Assembly (NCBI GenBank): GCA_028534125.1 | Contig: CM052817.1 | Coordinates: 64,978,001 to 65,042,000 of the forward strand | From: Lama glama | Taxonomy: Eukaryota | Reading direction: 5' to 3' | DNA length: 64,000 nt | In this document: positions 15,234-26,924 of the stretch, piece after piece | Layout of the letters: the number at the start of each line of letters is the position of its first letter | Numbering within the stretch: the stretch's first letter is position 1 | Notes under the pieces: generated by a model | The model's input: only the letters and a program-made list of their open reading frames with translations | Databases searched by the model: none | What the model was told of the DNA's origin: nothing | Program-made: the position numbers and the translations under genes

Positions 15234-16731
15234 GTAAGAAGCAGAGCTTGTCAAATGTTCCAGGGCCATCTCCAGCTCACCAGAAGCTCGCATTCTGTTT
15301 TGAGTGTTCAGTTTCAGAAATGAAAAGAAAACAGTAAAAAAAACCCAGTGAAACATGAATTTTCTTGAAATGAGTAAAAGAATAATTAAGACTAAAACAA
15401 AAGTCAGTTTCTAGGATATTAAGAAACTGTAATGATTAGTTCAGTTGATTTAGGAGATAATACCATATTCTCGTCCAGAAATAATTTAGCAAGGAAACCG
15501 AGGGATTTGATTTACCAGAAGAGTTGCCACATAGTTTCAGCAAAAATACTAGATGTATGTTTACTATCAGCTATTTTCACAGGTGTCTCCTGGACAGAAA
15601 GCTCAAAACAAAATACCTGACAATCATTCACCATGGTTTAAGAGCCCAAATGAACTTACAATTTTTAGATAATCCATGCAACAGCAACTTGAGCTGGTGT
15701 AAGTTTTGGCTTAAGCTTAAGAGTTTGGAATTTTGAATTAAAAAACTTTTTTTAGTAGAATACGTCATATCTCAGAAACCACACGTATAATGGGCCAGGT
15801 GGCTTTCCCAACAGTCTTCCACTCTAGAATTGTCATTGACACTGTGCCCTTTGAATCTTGTAGCAATTACTTGTAACAAAACTATCACGAGGAGGGAGGA
15901 TGCTCTGGGTCTAGGGGGCACTGCCGCTTCTGTGGTAGGTGTAGAGGTCTCCTTGACACGCACTCTTAGCCATGAAAAGAATGTGTAGCCTTAAAACAGA
16001 GAGCCATGTCCTGCGTCATCTCCTTTGATAATAGGCCAGAGTTGAGCACCTTCATTATTTCACTAACATTTCATGATCTGTGTAAGGAATGCTAGATGAT
16101 ATTAATACAAATATGAGCAGGTTATATTTTTACAGAAGAAAAGATGCTAGATTATAGTCGAATATTAAACTATGGCTAATTTATGCTAACTTAACATCTA
16201 CAATAAATCTTGATACATTTAGAAACTCAACCCTCCAATGGTCAAAATGCAGTGACCAGCAGTCCAAGGACAAGGTGAACTGGTTTGGGTCCCCATTTCT
16301 CTCAGGCCAGAGCCCTGGGGATGTTTCTAGGTCAGTAATCTCAGCTTCAAATCAGTTGGTTTTGCTCCTTACTCAAAAGGGGTGTATCCCTGAGTGGGGC
16401 TCCTGGAATGAGGGCAGGGAGACCTAGCAAGGCCCACAAAGCTTAGAGGCGTCTCCAAAGAGCTGAGAGGAATTTGGTCCTTCAGTCCAGAAAAATGAGT
16501 GACGAGACTCCCATATCCCAGGCACCTGAAGTGGATCTGCTGGTGTAAAAATAAACGAGAAGAAAAACAAAACCACCCATTCATGGGAATGAAAACTGGT
16601 CATCTTTGACACTCACAGCCTTTCTCAAATGGCTTTGAAACAAAAGCTTCAAGTGTTCACTCGACAACTTGGCTCTGACGGGCGTGGGATGACTTTAATA
16701 TGGGTGTAATTTTGCTATTGTTGTTGTGCAG

Positions 16732-16903
16732 GCAATTTGAGACCAAGTATGAAAGGCTGTCCACAGGCAGAGGTTATGTCTCCCGGAAAAGAAAAGAAAG
16801 CCTGATAGCAGGATCTGAATTCCCACTGCACCAGGAGAACTCGGAGATGTGCAAGGCGGTGTTCGCTCCTCCACCAGAGAGCAGCTCCAGTGGTTGGTTT
16901 TGA
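16732..16903 (+). CDS. MTTP: MTTP last coding exon (exon 18) through the TGA stop
   Basis: gtgcag|GCAATTT acceptor; [56 protein letters not shown], the recognisable MTTP C-terminus. Confidence 0.97.
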
Positions 16904-17627
16904 AACTGACGGGTGAGCTCGCGCTGGAATCCATCTCCGCGGAAGGGCTGCGCTGCCACGCGCCGGAGTACATGCTCTCTGAGAGCACAGTGTTTACATA
17001 TTTACCTATATTTAAGATTTTTGTAAAAAGCGATGGAAGAAACCTCACGTGATTCAATTTGGGCCTATTCAGTACCACCTACAGTGTCATTGTGAGCTGA
17101 CGTATGTTTCAACTTTAGTAGCATTCTTAGTTTTCTTGTAGCTTTCTCAAATCCCATTTAGTATAGTGAATATGGTTCTGCTCTGAGAAGAAACTGTCGT
17201 TTGTAAAAAAAAAAACCAAACAAACAAACAAACAAACAAAACCCATGAAACACACACTCAGGAGAGCCTAATTTTGTTTCAACAATTTTCAATCAATGTA
17301 TATGGAAACCCTTGGTAGAATCTTATATGGCTTGTTTCTACCAAATATATTGCCCAATCAGGAAAAAACAGCCTTTTTTTCTTCTTTTGTGGGAGAGTCA
17401 GAGGAAGGAATAACACTTTTAAAGGCTCTGTCAACCAACTTCAAGACTTAATCTTTATCTCTTCTGTTGTTAGTTTTGTTAAACATTGAGGGAGAAGGCA
17501 TACGGAATTAACACTTACCATCTGATCTTTCTGCTGACCCTATCGTCAGATTGCTAGAAGAAAACCAATCAGTCCTCTGCCTCTGTCCTTCAAAAATATT
17601 GGACTTAGCACATAAGAATTAGAAATA

Positions 17628-17841
17628 GTAAAAAAAAAAACCAAATTTCTTCTGTATAGCACAGGGAACTATATTCAATATTTTGTAATAACCTTTAATG
17701 AATAAGAATATGAAAACAAATATGTGTACGTCTATGCAGGACTGGGACATTGTGCTGTACGCCAGAAATGGACGCACTGGAACTGACTGTACTTCAATAA
17801 TAATAATAAAAAGGCAGCACTTCTCAAACTATATAAAAAAA
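17628..17841 (+). mobile_element. 5'-truncated L1 3' end inserted in the MTTP 3'UTR with a 14-bp TSD
   Basis: ctgtatagcacagggaactatattcaata...aactgactgtacttcaataa is an L1 3'UTR; TSD AAGAATTAGAAATA at 17614-17627 and 17842-17855. Confidence 0.8.
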
Positions 17842-18285
17842 AAGAATTAGAAATATTAATTTCAGAAACTCCATTTGACTTTTTCTTGTGCTGTCTCTTT
17901 GAGATGGTAATGTGTTTCACTATCCTTTAAAAGGGACATCCTCACTTAGTCATCATTTCATCTTTCCTTCACTTGTTTTGAGGTTCCAGTCTGTTGGACT
18001 ACAAGCTACAAAAGCCAGAATGGCTGAGAGAATTTAATGATGCTTGGAGAAACTGATGGATTTGGACTTGTAAAATGTGAAATCAAGAAAAGAATGTATT
18101 TATATAAATTGAAAGAACCACATTAACCACTTTTAAATATTTATTAGTAAAACAGATACATGTGTTGATAGTGATAAGCCCAAAACAGATAACAGGGGCT
18201 CACTTGTCCGTAAAACACACACACATCACACAATGGAAGTTTAGCTAGCCCAGTGTTGTTGTAAATTTAAAATGATGTGTCAAGA

Positions 18286-18291
18286 AATAAA
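18286..18291 (+). terminator. Candidate native MTTP polyadenylation signal AATAAA
   Basis: First non-transposon AATAAA I found after the stop codon; downstream gtgcttttgtctt element. Confidence 0.5.
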
Positions 18292-19395
18292 TATTTGGAA
18301 TTCCTATTGAAGTGCTTTTGTCTTCCATTACATTGAGCACCATATTTCTCAGTTCTTGCTACTTTCGGAGCCCAGACACATGTACAGCTAAGCCTCTCTA
18401 GCCCTGTAGAACAGACCAGATTCTCTAATAGATGGTCAGAGCCCTTTGGAAAATGGGCCATTGAAAATGGCAGCAATCAGAAGCTCTTAAGGACCTGTAA
18501 GCTTCGAAACAAGCTCTTAGTCCTGTTTTCATAAAGCTCTGGACCGGCACCCTTAGTGTCATGTTACTTAGAAGAGAAAAAGGACTAATAACTGGAGTGG
18601 GTGGGGAGTAGTGTTGGTGGTGGTGTCACTGGCCCTGGAGGAAGCAGTCTGTAGAGGTCCTTGTGCTACAGCAAAAGCAAGTGGAGCCAAAGACGCCGTG
18701 GACCAAGGAGACTCGGCCATGTGATGTTAACAAATCACAGCTGCTCCTCTGATGTGAAACAATAGCTTCCTTCAGAGTCATGACCCGATGTCCTGGACAC
18801 CTCTGCTTCCCAGCTCCTCTGCCAGGCTGCATCAAACACTGCCACCCATTTGGAGAATGGAGAGTACTTAGCAACTCTAACCTGCTCCAAAGAAACAAGA
18901 AACCTGATGCATAGAACAAACATCAACTCCCTTCTAGATAAATGAGATAGAAATTTAAGAGGAACAGGGTGATAGTCCACATTGTAAGCGGCATATTGGA
19001 GACAGAAATATAACTGCTGTCCTCTGGTTCTGACCCCTGTTTCAAACATCAGTGTGAGACGGCTGACTTCCGCAGAGATGTCCGCCGGGAACTGTCTTTG
19101 ACGCGAGTTCCTGTGCCCAGCCAGCTTCTCCCTGCAGACCTGAAGGATTTAGCCTGGTTGATTTTCTTCTACGAAGCCCTACAGCCATTCCCTGTCTGTC
19201 ATTGGTATACTGCCCCGTGACAAGTTGCTCCCTGCGTCTCTGAATCTGACCACCTTCAAATGCATTTTTAAAGCTAACACTTATTTAGTGATTTTATGGG
19301 TGAGGTATTTTAAAGTATTTTACGTGTATTAAATTATTTAATTCTCACAACAGCCATATTTAACAGGTAGCATTATTATATCCATGTTGTGGACC

Positions 19396-19785
19396 AGCAC
19401 TGTCCAATAAAAATGTAATGTACACATAGATAATTTTAATTTATGTTTACAAATATAAATGTTTATAAGTATAAATACATTTAAAAATAGCCGTAAATAC
19501 AAATGTATTTTTATAATTTAAATGTTAGTAAATATAAACATAAACAAATTTAAATTTCTAGTAGTCATATTAAAACATAAACAGGTGAAATGAACTTTAA
19601 TCATATTTTTTTAACCTTGTATATCCAAAGTATTATCATATCAAATGGGATATTTTATTTTGGGGAGGAGGATTAGGTCTTGGAATTGTGATATATAATT
19701 CGCATGTATAGCACATCTCAATTTGGATTAACTCATTTCAAGTGATGGCCACAGATGGCTAATGGTTACTGAACTGGACATGACA
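19396..19785. mobile_element. MER33/MER3-like hAT element nested in a MIR (~19270-19915)
   Basis: cagcactgtccaata ... tagcacatctcaatttgga...catttcaagtg...gctaatggttactgaactggaca, with MIR halves on both sides. Confidence 0.7.
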
Positions 19786-20424
19786 ATTATAGATGGAGAA
19801 ACCGGTGCACTGAAGACAGTTAACTTGCCCCACGGGAGGCATTCTCTCAGCTAAGAAATGGTAAACCTAGAATTCACATACAAGTAGTCTCACCCCAGAA
19901 CCTGCTCTGTGAATCCACTACATTTCCCTGATTGTTTTGGTTTTTAAAAATTTGCTGCTAAAAGAATGCAGATAACAATAGGGAGCTTGAGAGCTCAAGA
20001 AAGAGAGTTATCACTGGAACCCAAATAGCCTGAGCTGTGTGGCGCTATGGCCTTGAGTTAAAGGACACATGCAGCGCTCACCACCTCCCCTGGAGGAAAC
20101 CAGGGAAACAAACACTCTGACTTCACTTTCTTTCCACCCTTGGATCTCCTGCCTGTGGTGCCTTGGCTGAAACCAACAGAAGCCAGAGGGCAAGAGTTCC
20201 TATTGATCCAGACTATCCACAAAGATGGAAAGGACGAGAGAGGGGTTTGGAGGAAAAACTGGAAGAAATTTAGCTCAGGTTTATATGATGGGCCCTTATC
20301 TACAGTTTATTAATTTCTTTAATCAGTCATCTTACATAACATGGAGGGTCTATTAGGATCAATAAATGAGCTAGGTTAAAAACAAGTTTGGTATGTTGCC
20401 TCTTCTCAAGAAATTCAGTGAAGT

Positions 20425-20588
20425 GGGGGCGGGTATAGCTCAGGTGGTAGAGTGCATGCTTAGCATGCACAAGGTCCTGGGTTCACTCCCCATTACCTTC
20501 ATTAAAAAATAAAACAAAACTAATAATAAATAAATAGACCTAATGGCCCACATCCTCCCAAAGAACAAAACAAACAAACAAACAAAAA
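20425..20588 (+). mobile_element. tRNA-derived SINE (Vic-1-like) with degenerate TSD
   Basis: Same head and tail; flanks aaattcagtgaagt / aaactcaatgaagt (12/14 identical). Confidence 0.85.
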
Positions 20589-21639
20589 AAACTCAATGAA
20601 GTAAGGAAATCAATACAACTTAAAATAATTTTAGTACAATGTGTAAATGCTGTAAAAGAAATGTATTTGAAATCCTAAGAGATCGTAAAGAGGAAAAAGA
20701 AAAAAGAAAAAAGTCATCAAGGAGGTGAAACTTGAGCAAGGCCATATGATTTCTTTACCTCTCTCTCAGCTACTGCTTATCCAGAACTGGCCTCTTACTT
20801 TGTGTGTCAGATTCCCTTACTATCCAGGACACCTAAAACTCCCAAATGGGCTCAGGTCTGTTTACCTTCAGCCTGAGTGTGCAGACAAAATTCACACTCA
20901 CAGGGCCCACTGTCCAATTGCATATTCTGTTTGATGATCTTGGAGAAGAATATAAGAATTTGTATCCATGGGAAGTCCACCATTGGAGGTTCATTAGCTA
21001 ATCATTTACCTTCCATTGTGGGATTACAGTTAATTGAAAATGACCAAGTAATCTTTTGCTACCCTCCTATTAATAAAAGTTTAATTTATTCACAGTTGAC
21101 TTGGAACATCACATAAACCTGTATGCTATTTTCATCCTTCTATTTTTACTAGAAAGATTCCTGCCATAATCTTCTAGGATTACTTGTAAAATTTTGGACG
21201 TTCTCTTTCCAGAATAGGCTTTAGGTTTAAATTTCCTGATTCATTTGTAGGTGAAAGTGAGTCACAGTCACCTCCATTCTGTTCTGGGTTCCCTATCTCC
21301 ACTTTTTTTTATACTTCTCCCATTCAGTTTTCCTGAAGATTAACCACATAAGCACAGTCGTTAGTAAGATTTCAGTGTGAGATGAATCGAATTATTGAGA
21401 TATGAAGAGATGCTTTACAGTGGAGATGTTCTAATATAGCCTTCAGTTAGGGAAGAAGACACTGGCTCTTTAATAAAATCTAAGGAGGGCTGAGTGCAGA
21501 CAATTCCTAAGAATGGGAATTACTGATAAATAACCAAAGTCTTCCAGAGTCTCCCTCTGCCCTTCTTACTTACCAAACTTTCTATGTTGCACCTGTTAGG
21601 GGCCGTGCACTGCTCTACTACTAGATGCTCTACTCAGAG

Positions 21640-21830
21640 GTATCCAATCGTTTCATTCTCATTACAATCCTATACGGTAGAACTATTATATGCCTCTTGT
21701 ACATGGAGAACTGAAGCACAGAGAGATTCAGTGACTTGTCTGAGATCTCACAGCTGGTGAAGAGCAGAGCCAGGGTTCAACCCAGGAGTCTTCCTCTAGA
21801 GTTCAAGCACGTGTCCATTGTACTCAGCTA
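21640..21830 (-). mobile_element. MIR (representative; others at ~7490-7610, 9060-9190, 33710-33870, 35140-35280, 48540-48660, 61300-61470)
   Basis: MIR core motifs such as gaaactgaggcacagagag / cctcagtttcc / gttacttaa. Confidence 0.7.
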
Positions 21831-22782
21831 CCTCCCCAGGATCCAGTCTGAGCCCCTAAGCCGGGAAGTCAATTCCCTCTCCACACCCAGGTTCAACACT
21901 TCATTCCAGCCACATCTGCACTGATCTTCACGAATGGCACCCCTCCTGTTCCTTCCACACGCCCTCTCCAGACACACCACCATCCTGCTGCTCCACTTCC
22001 TCTGCTCTCATTCTTTTCCCCAACCCTTCCACCCAAATGATCTTACCAAGCCCAGCTCCCATTGCATTTTCTGTGTATTGAAGCTGCCAGCTATGGCGCC
22101 ACCTGCTGCCCAGGTACCCTTATTACATCTACCACCCACTTGGGAATGAACCATACCAACCTGGGTGACTGCTGCCCTTCTCTTTTGCCCCATGTCATTA
22201 AAAAAATACTTTTATTATGTAAATATATTTATCTTCCCAAACAAAGGATGAAATTCTCAAGTTTAGGACCACGTGTATATCCTTAGTATCTCCCATGCAG
22301 CACACAGTCGGTGTTCAGTAACTACTGAAATACTCCCAGGGATTTCAGTGCCTTTGTAACTTTCAGGATGCTCAAACTGCTTCAGAACAGCTGAGGAGAC
22401 ATTGAAGCAGAAGGAGCCTGCGGTCTGTCAGAGCCTCCATAGGAAAGCCATTCTCTTCGTGGTCCAGTGCTCTTTGATTCCTCTCAAAAGAAAAAAAATA
22501 AAGGAGCAAACAGTAAAGGCTAGATGAACATTGCCCAAAAGGAAGAAAAGCAATATTTCTTAAGCACTATTTTTTTTAATGTTCACAAAACCTTTGAAAC
22601 AGGCGTTTATTGTCTCCATTAAAAAATTAATCAGGAAAATGAGGACAGGAAGGAGATATCTTCCTGGGACTTGTGTGCTGATGGGATGGGTCAAGAACAG
22701 ACTTCTTTACTCTGGACATCAGCCTTCTTGCTTCCCTCCAAGAAAGTGGTCAGCTGTGGTGGCCAGTGCCTGGAGGTCCAGA

Positions 22783-22971
22783 GCAGTGGGTCTTAAAATT
22801 GTGTGCATGAGAATCACCCGAAGGGCTTGTTAAACCTCAGATTGCTCTGTCTCTTTCCCATTTTGGATTCAACTGGCCTGAGGTTGGCTGAGGATTTGCA
22901 CTGAAAACAAGTGAAGCTTCCCAAGTGAAGCCCACGCTGTTGGTATGGGGGCCACCCTTTGAGATCCTTGC
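22783..22971. mobile_element. MER5A-like element
   Basis: cagtgggtcttaaa...gaatcacc...gcttgttaaa...cagattgct...accctttgaga. Confidence 0.65.
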
Positions 22972-24658
22972 TCTAGAGAAGAAGGAAGACACTTAAAATC
23001 ATAAAACCTCTGGTCTCTCCTAAAGTTTGCATACTGTGTGTGTGCGTGTGGTGGGGCAGGGAGAACAGGAGGTGGTGAAAGTAAGAGTTTGTGCTTTCTG
23101 CAGTGATACATGCGTTTCAGCAAATCGCAGGAGCTTCTCAAACCTCAGTCTTCAGGATCATTTTATGTGAGTGAAGTGTTAAAATACGAAGTTTCTGAAT
23201 GGAGTGTCCACATGTTTGGGGGTAGATGGCTGTGAGACATCTGTGTCAAAAGTTTTAAGAATGTTTATGTCCTTTTATTCAGTAATTCAACCTAGAGGAC
23301 TTTATCTCAAGGAAATCATCAGAGATGCTTGGAAAGATTTGTGTTCAAAGTTGTTTGCTGAAACATCATTTTCATAGCCCCAAACCATAAAAAACTGAGT
23401 ACTCGAAACTATGAGATTGATAAAACATATTATGATACAGCCATATGATGAAACAAGACAAAGCTGTCAAAATCATTTATTTAAGAATATTGGAAAATAA
23501 GGAGGTAGGTTTATAATTTTATGAGGAAAAGAAATAGACTACAAAATAGTGTGTAAAGCCTCAAGTACACTCACAAGTATTTATTTCTGGAGGCAACCTG
23601 CTTAGCGATTAAGAATTTATAATATTTTAATATTTTCTAAATTTCCAAAGAACATGCACTATTTTTATAAATAGAAGCTATCTCAATACATGGATTGAGT
23701 ATTTTTAAGCAACCTGTGTAGCAATGAACTTGAATTTTTCAGAAGCAGAAATGCTGTCGTGGAGAGGCACAGTGTAGTAGTTAATATTTCTTGAATGCTA
23801 CCTACAGGCTAGGGGTAATAGATAATATCTCATAATTCTCTCATTATAATAATATATAGTGCCTCACATATTGTATATATATTATAAAGCATTCTGCAAT
23901 ACTCTAGTGTGTGTTTGTGTGGCATTTACACGTATGTATAACAAAACCTGTTTTCACGCTCTATCCAGCAGTACTCAAGCTGTATAAGCATTCAGAGAAG
24001 ATTACACTCAAGGGACAATCTGTTGATCAGGTGGTAACTCCAAGGGGCAGAAACAAAGGTAGAAGTTTCTGCTATGTCTTTGATGATCATCTTTCCACAG
24101 CACTGCTGTTGGACAGACTTTCTATCAAAGGGCTTGGGCCATGCTGCTTCTCCCTTTGGCAGCTCCCTGCCCCTTGCACAACTAAACAGCCTCCTCACTT
24201 TCAGTCTCTTGCTATAGTTCTGGATTTTCTGGTTCTCTTCACACCTAGCCCTCTTCGCTCCCTGCCCACCCCATGCTGGGTTGTTGGCGCGGATCTCCTC
24301 TTTGTGGCTGTTGGCCAGTTTCCTCTTTCAATCTCTGTGCCTTTGACAGGGCTTAGACTGGAGAGCTTCATCAGCGTATCATGCATTCTCACCGTGTTTT
24401 AAGGCTTCCTGAAATCCTAACCTCTTCATGAATCAGAGCACCTGGCATATGGTCGGCATTCATTCATTCCTAAAGAACGTTGATTCCCTCTGCACTGGAG
24501 CCCTGTGAGACTCCAATGTATGCCCAACACACATACAAAGCAGGCCAGCAAATCTTGTATATACCATTTTCATTTTAGATTTTTTCTGGAATCTTTAACC
24601 AAGCCTACACTAATCTGAGAAATTACTTTAAAATTCCTTTTGAAAGAAAGTACCTGTT

Positions 24659-25240
24659 ATATACCCCTGGGTATATTTCTAAAAGAAACAAAAACACTAA
24701 TTTGAAAAGATACATGCACCCCAATGTCCATAGCAGCATTATTTACAATAGCCAAGATACGGAAATAACCTAAGTGTCCATCAGCAGATGACTGGATAAA
24801 GAATATATGGTATATAAATATAAAGGAGTACTACTCAGCCATAAAAAGAATGAAATTTTGCCATTTGCAGCAACATGGGTAGACTTGGAGGGCATTATGC
24901 CAAGTGAAATAAGTCAGAGAGAGACAAATACTGTATGGTATCATTTACATGTGGAACCTAAAATATACAACAACAAACTAGTGAATATAACAGAAAAGAA
25001 ACAGACTCACAGATATAGAGAACAAACTAACAGTTACAGTGGGGAGAAGAAAGGGGGGAAGGGAGTAAGAGATACAAACTATTTTGTATAAAATAAGCTA
25101 CAAGGATATATTGTACAACTTGGGGAATATAGTCCATATTTTATAATAATTATAAATGGAGCATAACCTTCTAAAATTGTGAATCACTATATTGTACACC
25201 TGTAACATATAATATTGTACAACTATACTTCAAATATATA
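24659..25240 (+). mobile_element. L1 3' portion (end of ORF2 plus 3'UTR), 5'-truncated
   Basis: gatacatgcaccccaatgtccatagcagcattatttacaatagccaagatacgg...aagaatgaaattttgccatttgcagcaacatgg; ORF 24807-25091 (KKNEILPFAATWVDLEGIM) is an L1 ORF2 C-terminal remnant. Confidence 0.92.
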
Positions 25241-25309
25241 TGTATATATAATTTTAAGGAAGAATATCTGTTTGAAAACATTCCTTGATGAAGATGGTGG
25301 TTTAAAACA

Positions 25310-25777
25310 CATCTCTGAATTAGATACTCTTCCTGATGGGAGACTGCCCACTGAGTCTGGGTTCTGCGGTTTCATGTCAAACAGAGTGTGGTGAGAGTGA
25401 CCCTGTGTCACTTTCTGTACTAGACCTTAAGAAATGGGCGGTGTCTGCTTCCTGCCTCTTGAGATACTCATTGTTGGAACCCAGCCACCATGTGTTGAGG
25501 AAGCCCAAGCAGCCTGTGGAGAGGCCCGGCTGAAGAGGAACTGAGGCCCTCTGCTGGCTCCAGCTGACTCCAGGCTGACAGTGGGCATCAGCTTTCTAGC
25601 CATGTGAGTGAGCCATCTTGGAGACAGACTTTCCCTGGAAATCGAGCAGAGCCAAACCTTTCATGCTGAGCCCTGCCCAACTGCAGATTCATGTGCTAAA
25701 CAGTTTTTTCCTAAACAGATTTTTTAAGCCATTAAATTTGGAGGTAGATTGTTACTCAGCAATATACAACTAGAACA
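25310..25777 (+). mobile_element. MLT1 (MaLR) solo LTR
   Basis: ggaacccagccaccatgtgttgaggaagcccaagcagcc...taagccattaaatttggagg...gttactcagcaata...aaca. Confidence 0.8.
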
Positions 25778-26714
25778 AAGGTTTTGGATCTAGCATAGGT
25801 GATCTGCTTTAGCAGGGCTTCATTAGATGGTTAAATTGCTCTGTATAAGAAGTAATAGGAAATTAGAGGATTCTGAGTCAGGAACCTTAGGAGCCGAGCA
25901 GGCAGAGGATGAAGAGAGGGAGAGGGCTCTAGCAATTGGGAGGATGACTAAAGCACAAGTGAGCTCAACAGCCAGTGAAATTATCTAGTGCCAGAGACGG
26001 CACGGGGCTGTATAGGATGGGGACGCCAGGGTTCAGGTTTAAGATGTTTGCTAATGCAGCTGGCTGCCGTGGGATGGAGCACCTGCCCATCTCCATCAAA
26101 TGTGCCCTAAGCCTTCGGCAAAACCCCTGCCACACACCTATGTTCTCAAGTTGGGAATACTCAGCGTGGGACGGGTGTTCCGCAATGAAGCCTGTGAGGT
26201 CACACAATGCAGAGTAAACCGGTGCACATTTGAGGCAAAACAGAAGATGGAATTTCAGAATTAACTGGAAACAAGAGCTGGAAGCCAGTCAGGAAAATAC
26301 AAGGTCTGGAACTGCCCTCAGTTTTCTTTCTTGCCCTACAAGCCCCGACCCTGGACAAATGTGAGGAATCTAAGATGTATGTCTTTGTAAAGTGTGGGTT
26401 CAAGTCTTTGGGGGGCTTTAATCTTAAGGTTTTAGTGACTTCAGCTGACTAGTGGTTGACATGTGACAGCACTGATCCTCCCTGTGCAGGGGGTCCCTGA
26501 ATGTGTGCCTGACATATTTAGGTTTTGAAGGGGATGACCACAGTGACTTTTGCGGGCCTCAGTGTGGACCCTCAGGGACACTTGTTGTCCAGATTGCTTC
26601 TGGGTGTCAGTGGAGCATCACACACATTGGTTGGTGCCCCTCACAATGCTACTTAATAATGCCAGCAGTCTTTGGTCCGTCAGGTGACACACTCTGGGTA
26701 CAGGGAAAGACCAT

Positions 26715-26808
26715 ACCAGACTCTGACCTCCAGAACGGTAAGAAAATAAATTTGTATTGTCTTAAGCCACTAAATTTGTAGTCATCACAGCAAGAGAAAA
26801 CTAACGCA
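26715..26808 (+). mobile_element. MLT1 LTR 3' fragment
   Basis: ctctgacctccagaacggtaagaaaataaatttgtattgtcttaagccac...cagcaagagaaaactaa. Confidence 0.6.
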
Positions 26809-26924
26809 ACCTGGATGCGAAACACTATAATAGGGTATTTTAGTCAAATGAAGGATTTAAATTAGAAGACAGAAGAAAATGAAAATGTCTGAAGCTTGTT
26901 TTTGAGTTAAAATAAAGACAAGCA

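Larger units (their letters stand above)
16904..18310 (+). other. MTTP: Predicted MTTP 3'UTR
   Basis: Follows the stop codon. The end is inferred from AATAAA at 18286-18291 followed by a GT/T-rich tract, and is approximate. Confidence 0.55.

Noticed and set aside
16849..17052. ORF overlapping the MTTP stop and a locally CpG-rich proximal 3'UTR
   Set aside because: Short, non-ATG start, no support for coding; the CpG patch is too small to call an island.
23911..24402. 163-aa ORF
   Set aside because: Non-ATG start, no domain or splice context; chance intergenic ORF.
24807..25091. 94-aa ORF
   Set aside because: Degenerate L1 ORF2 tail and 3'UTR, not a host gene.
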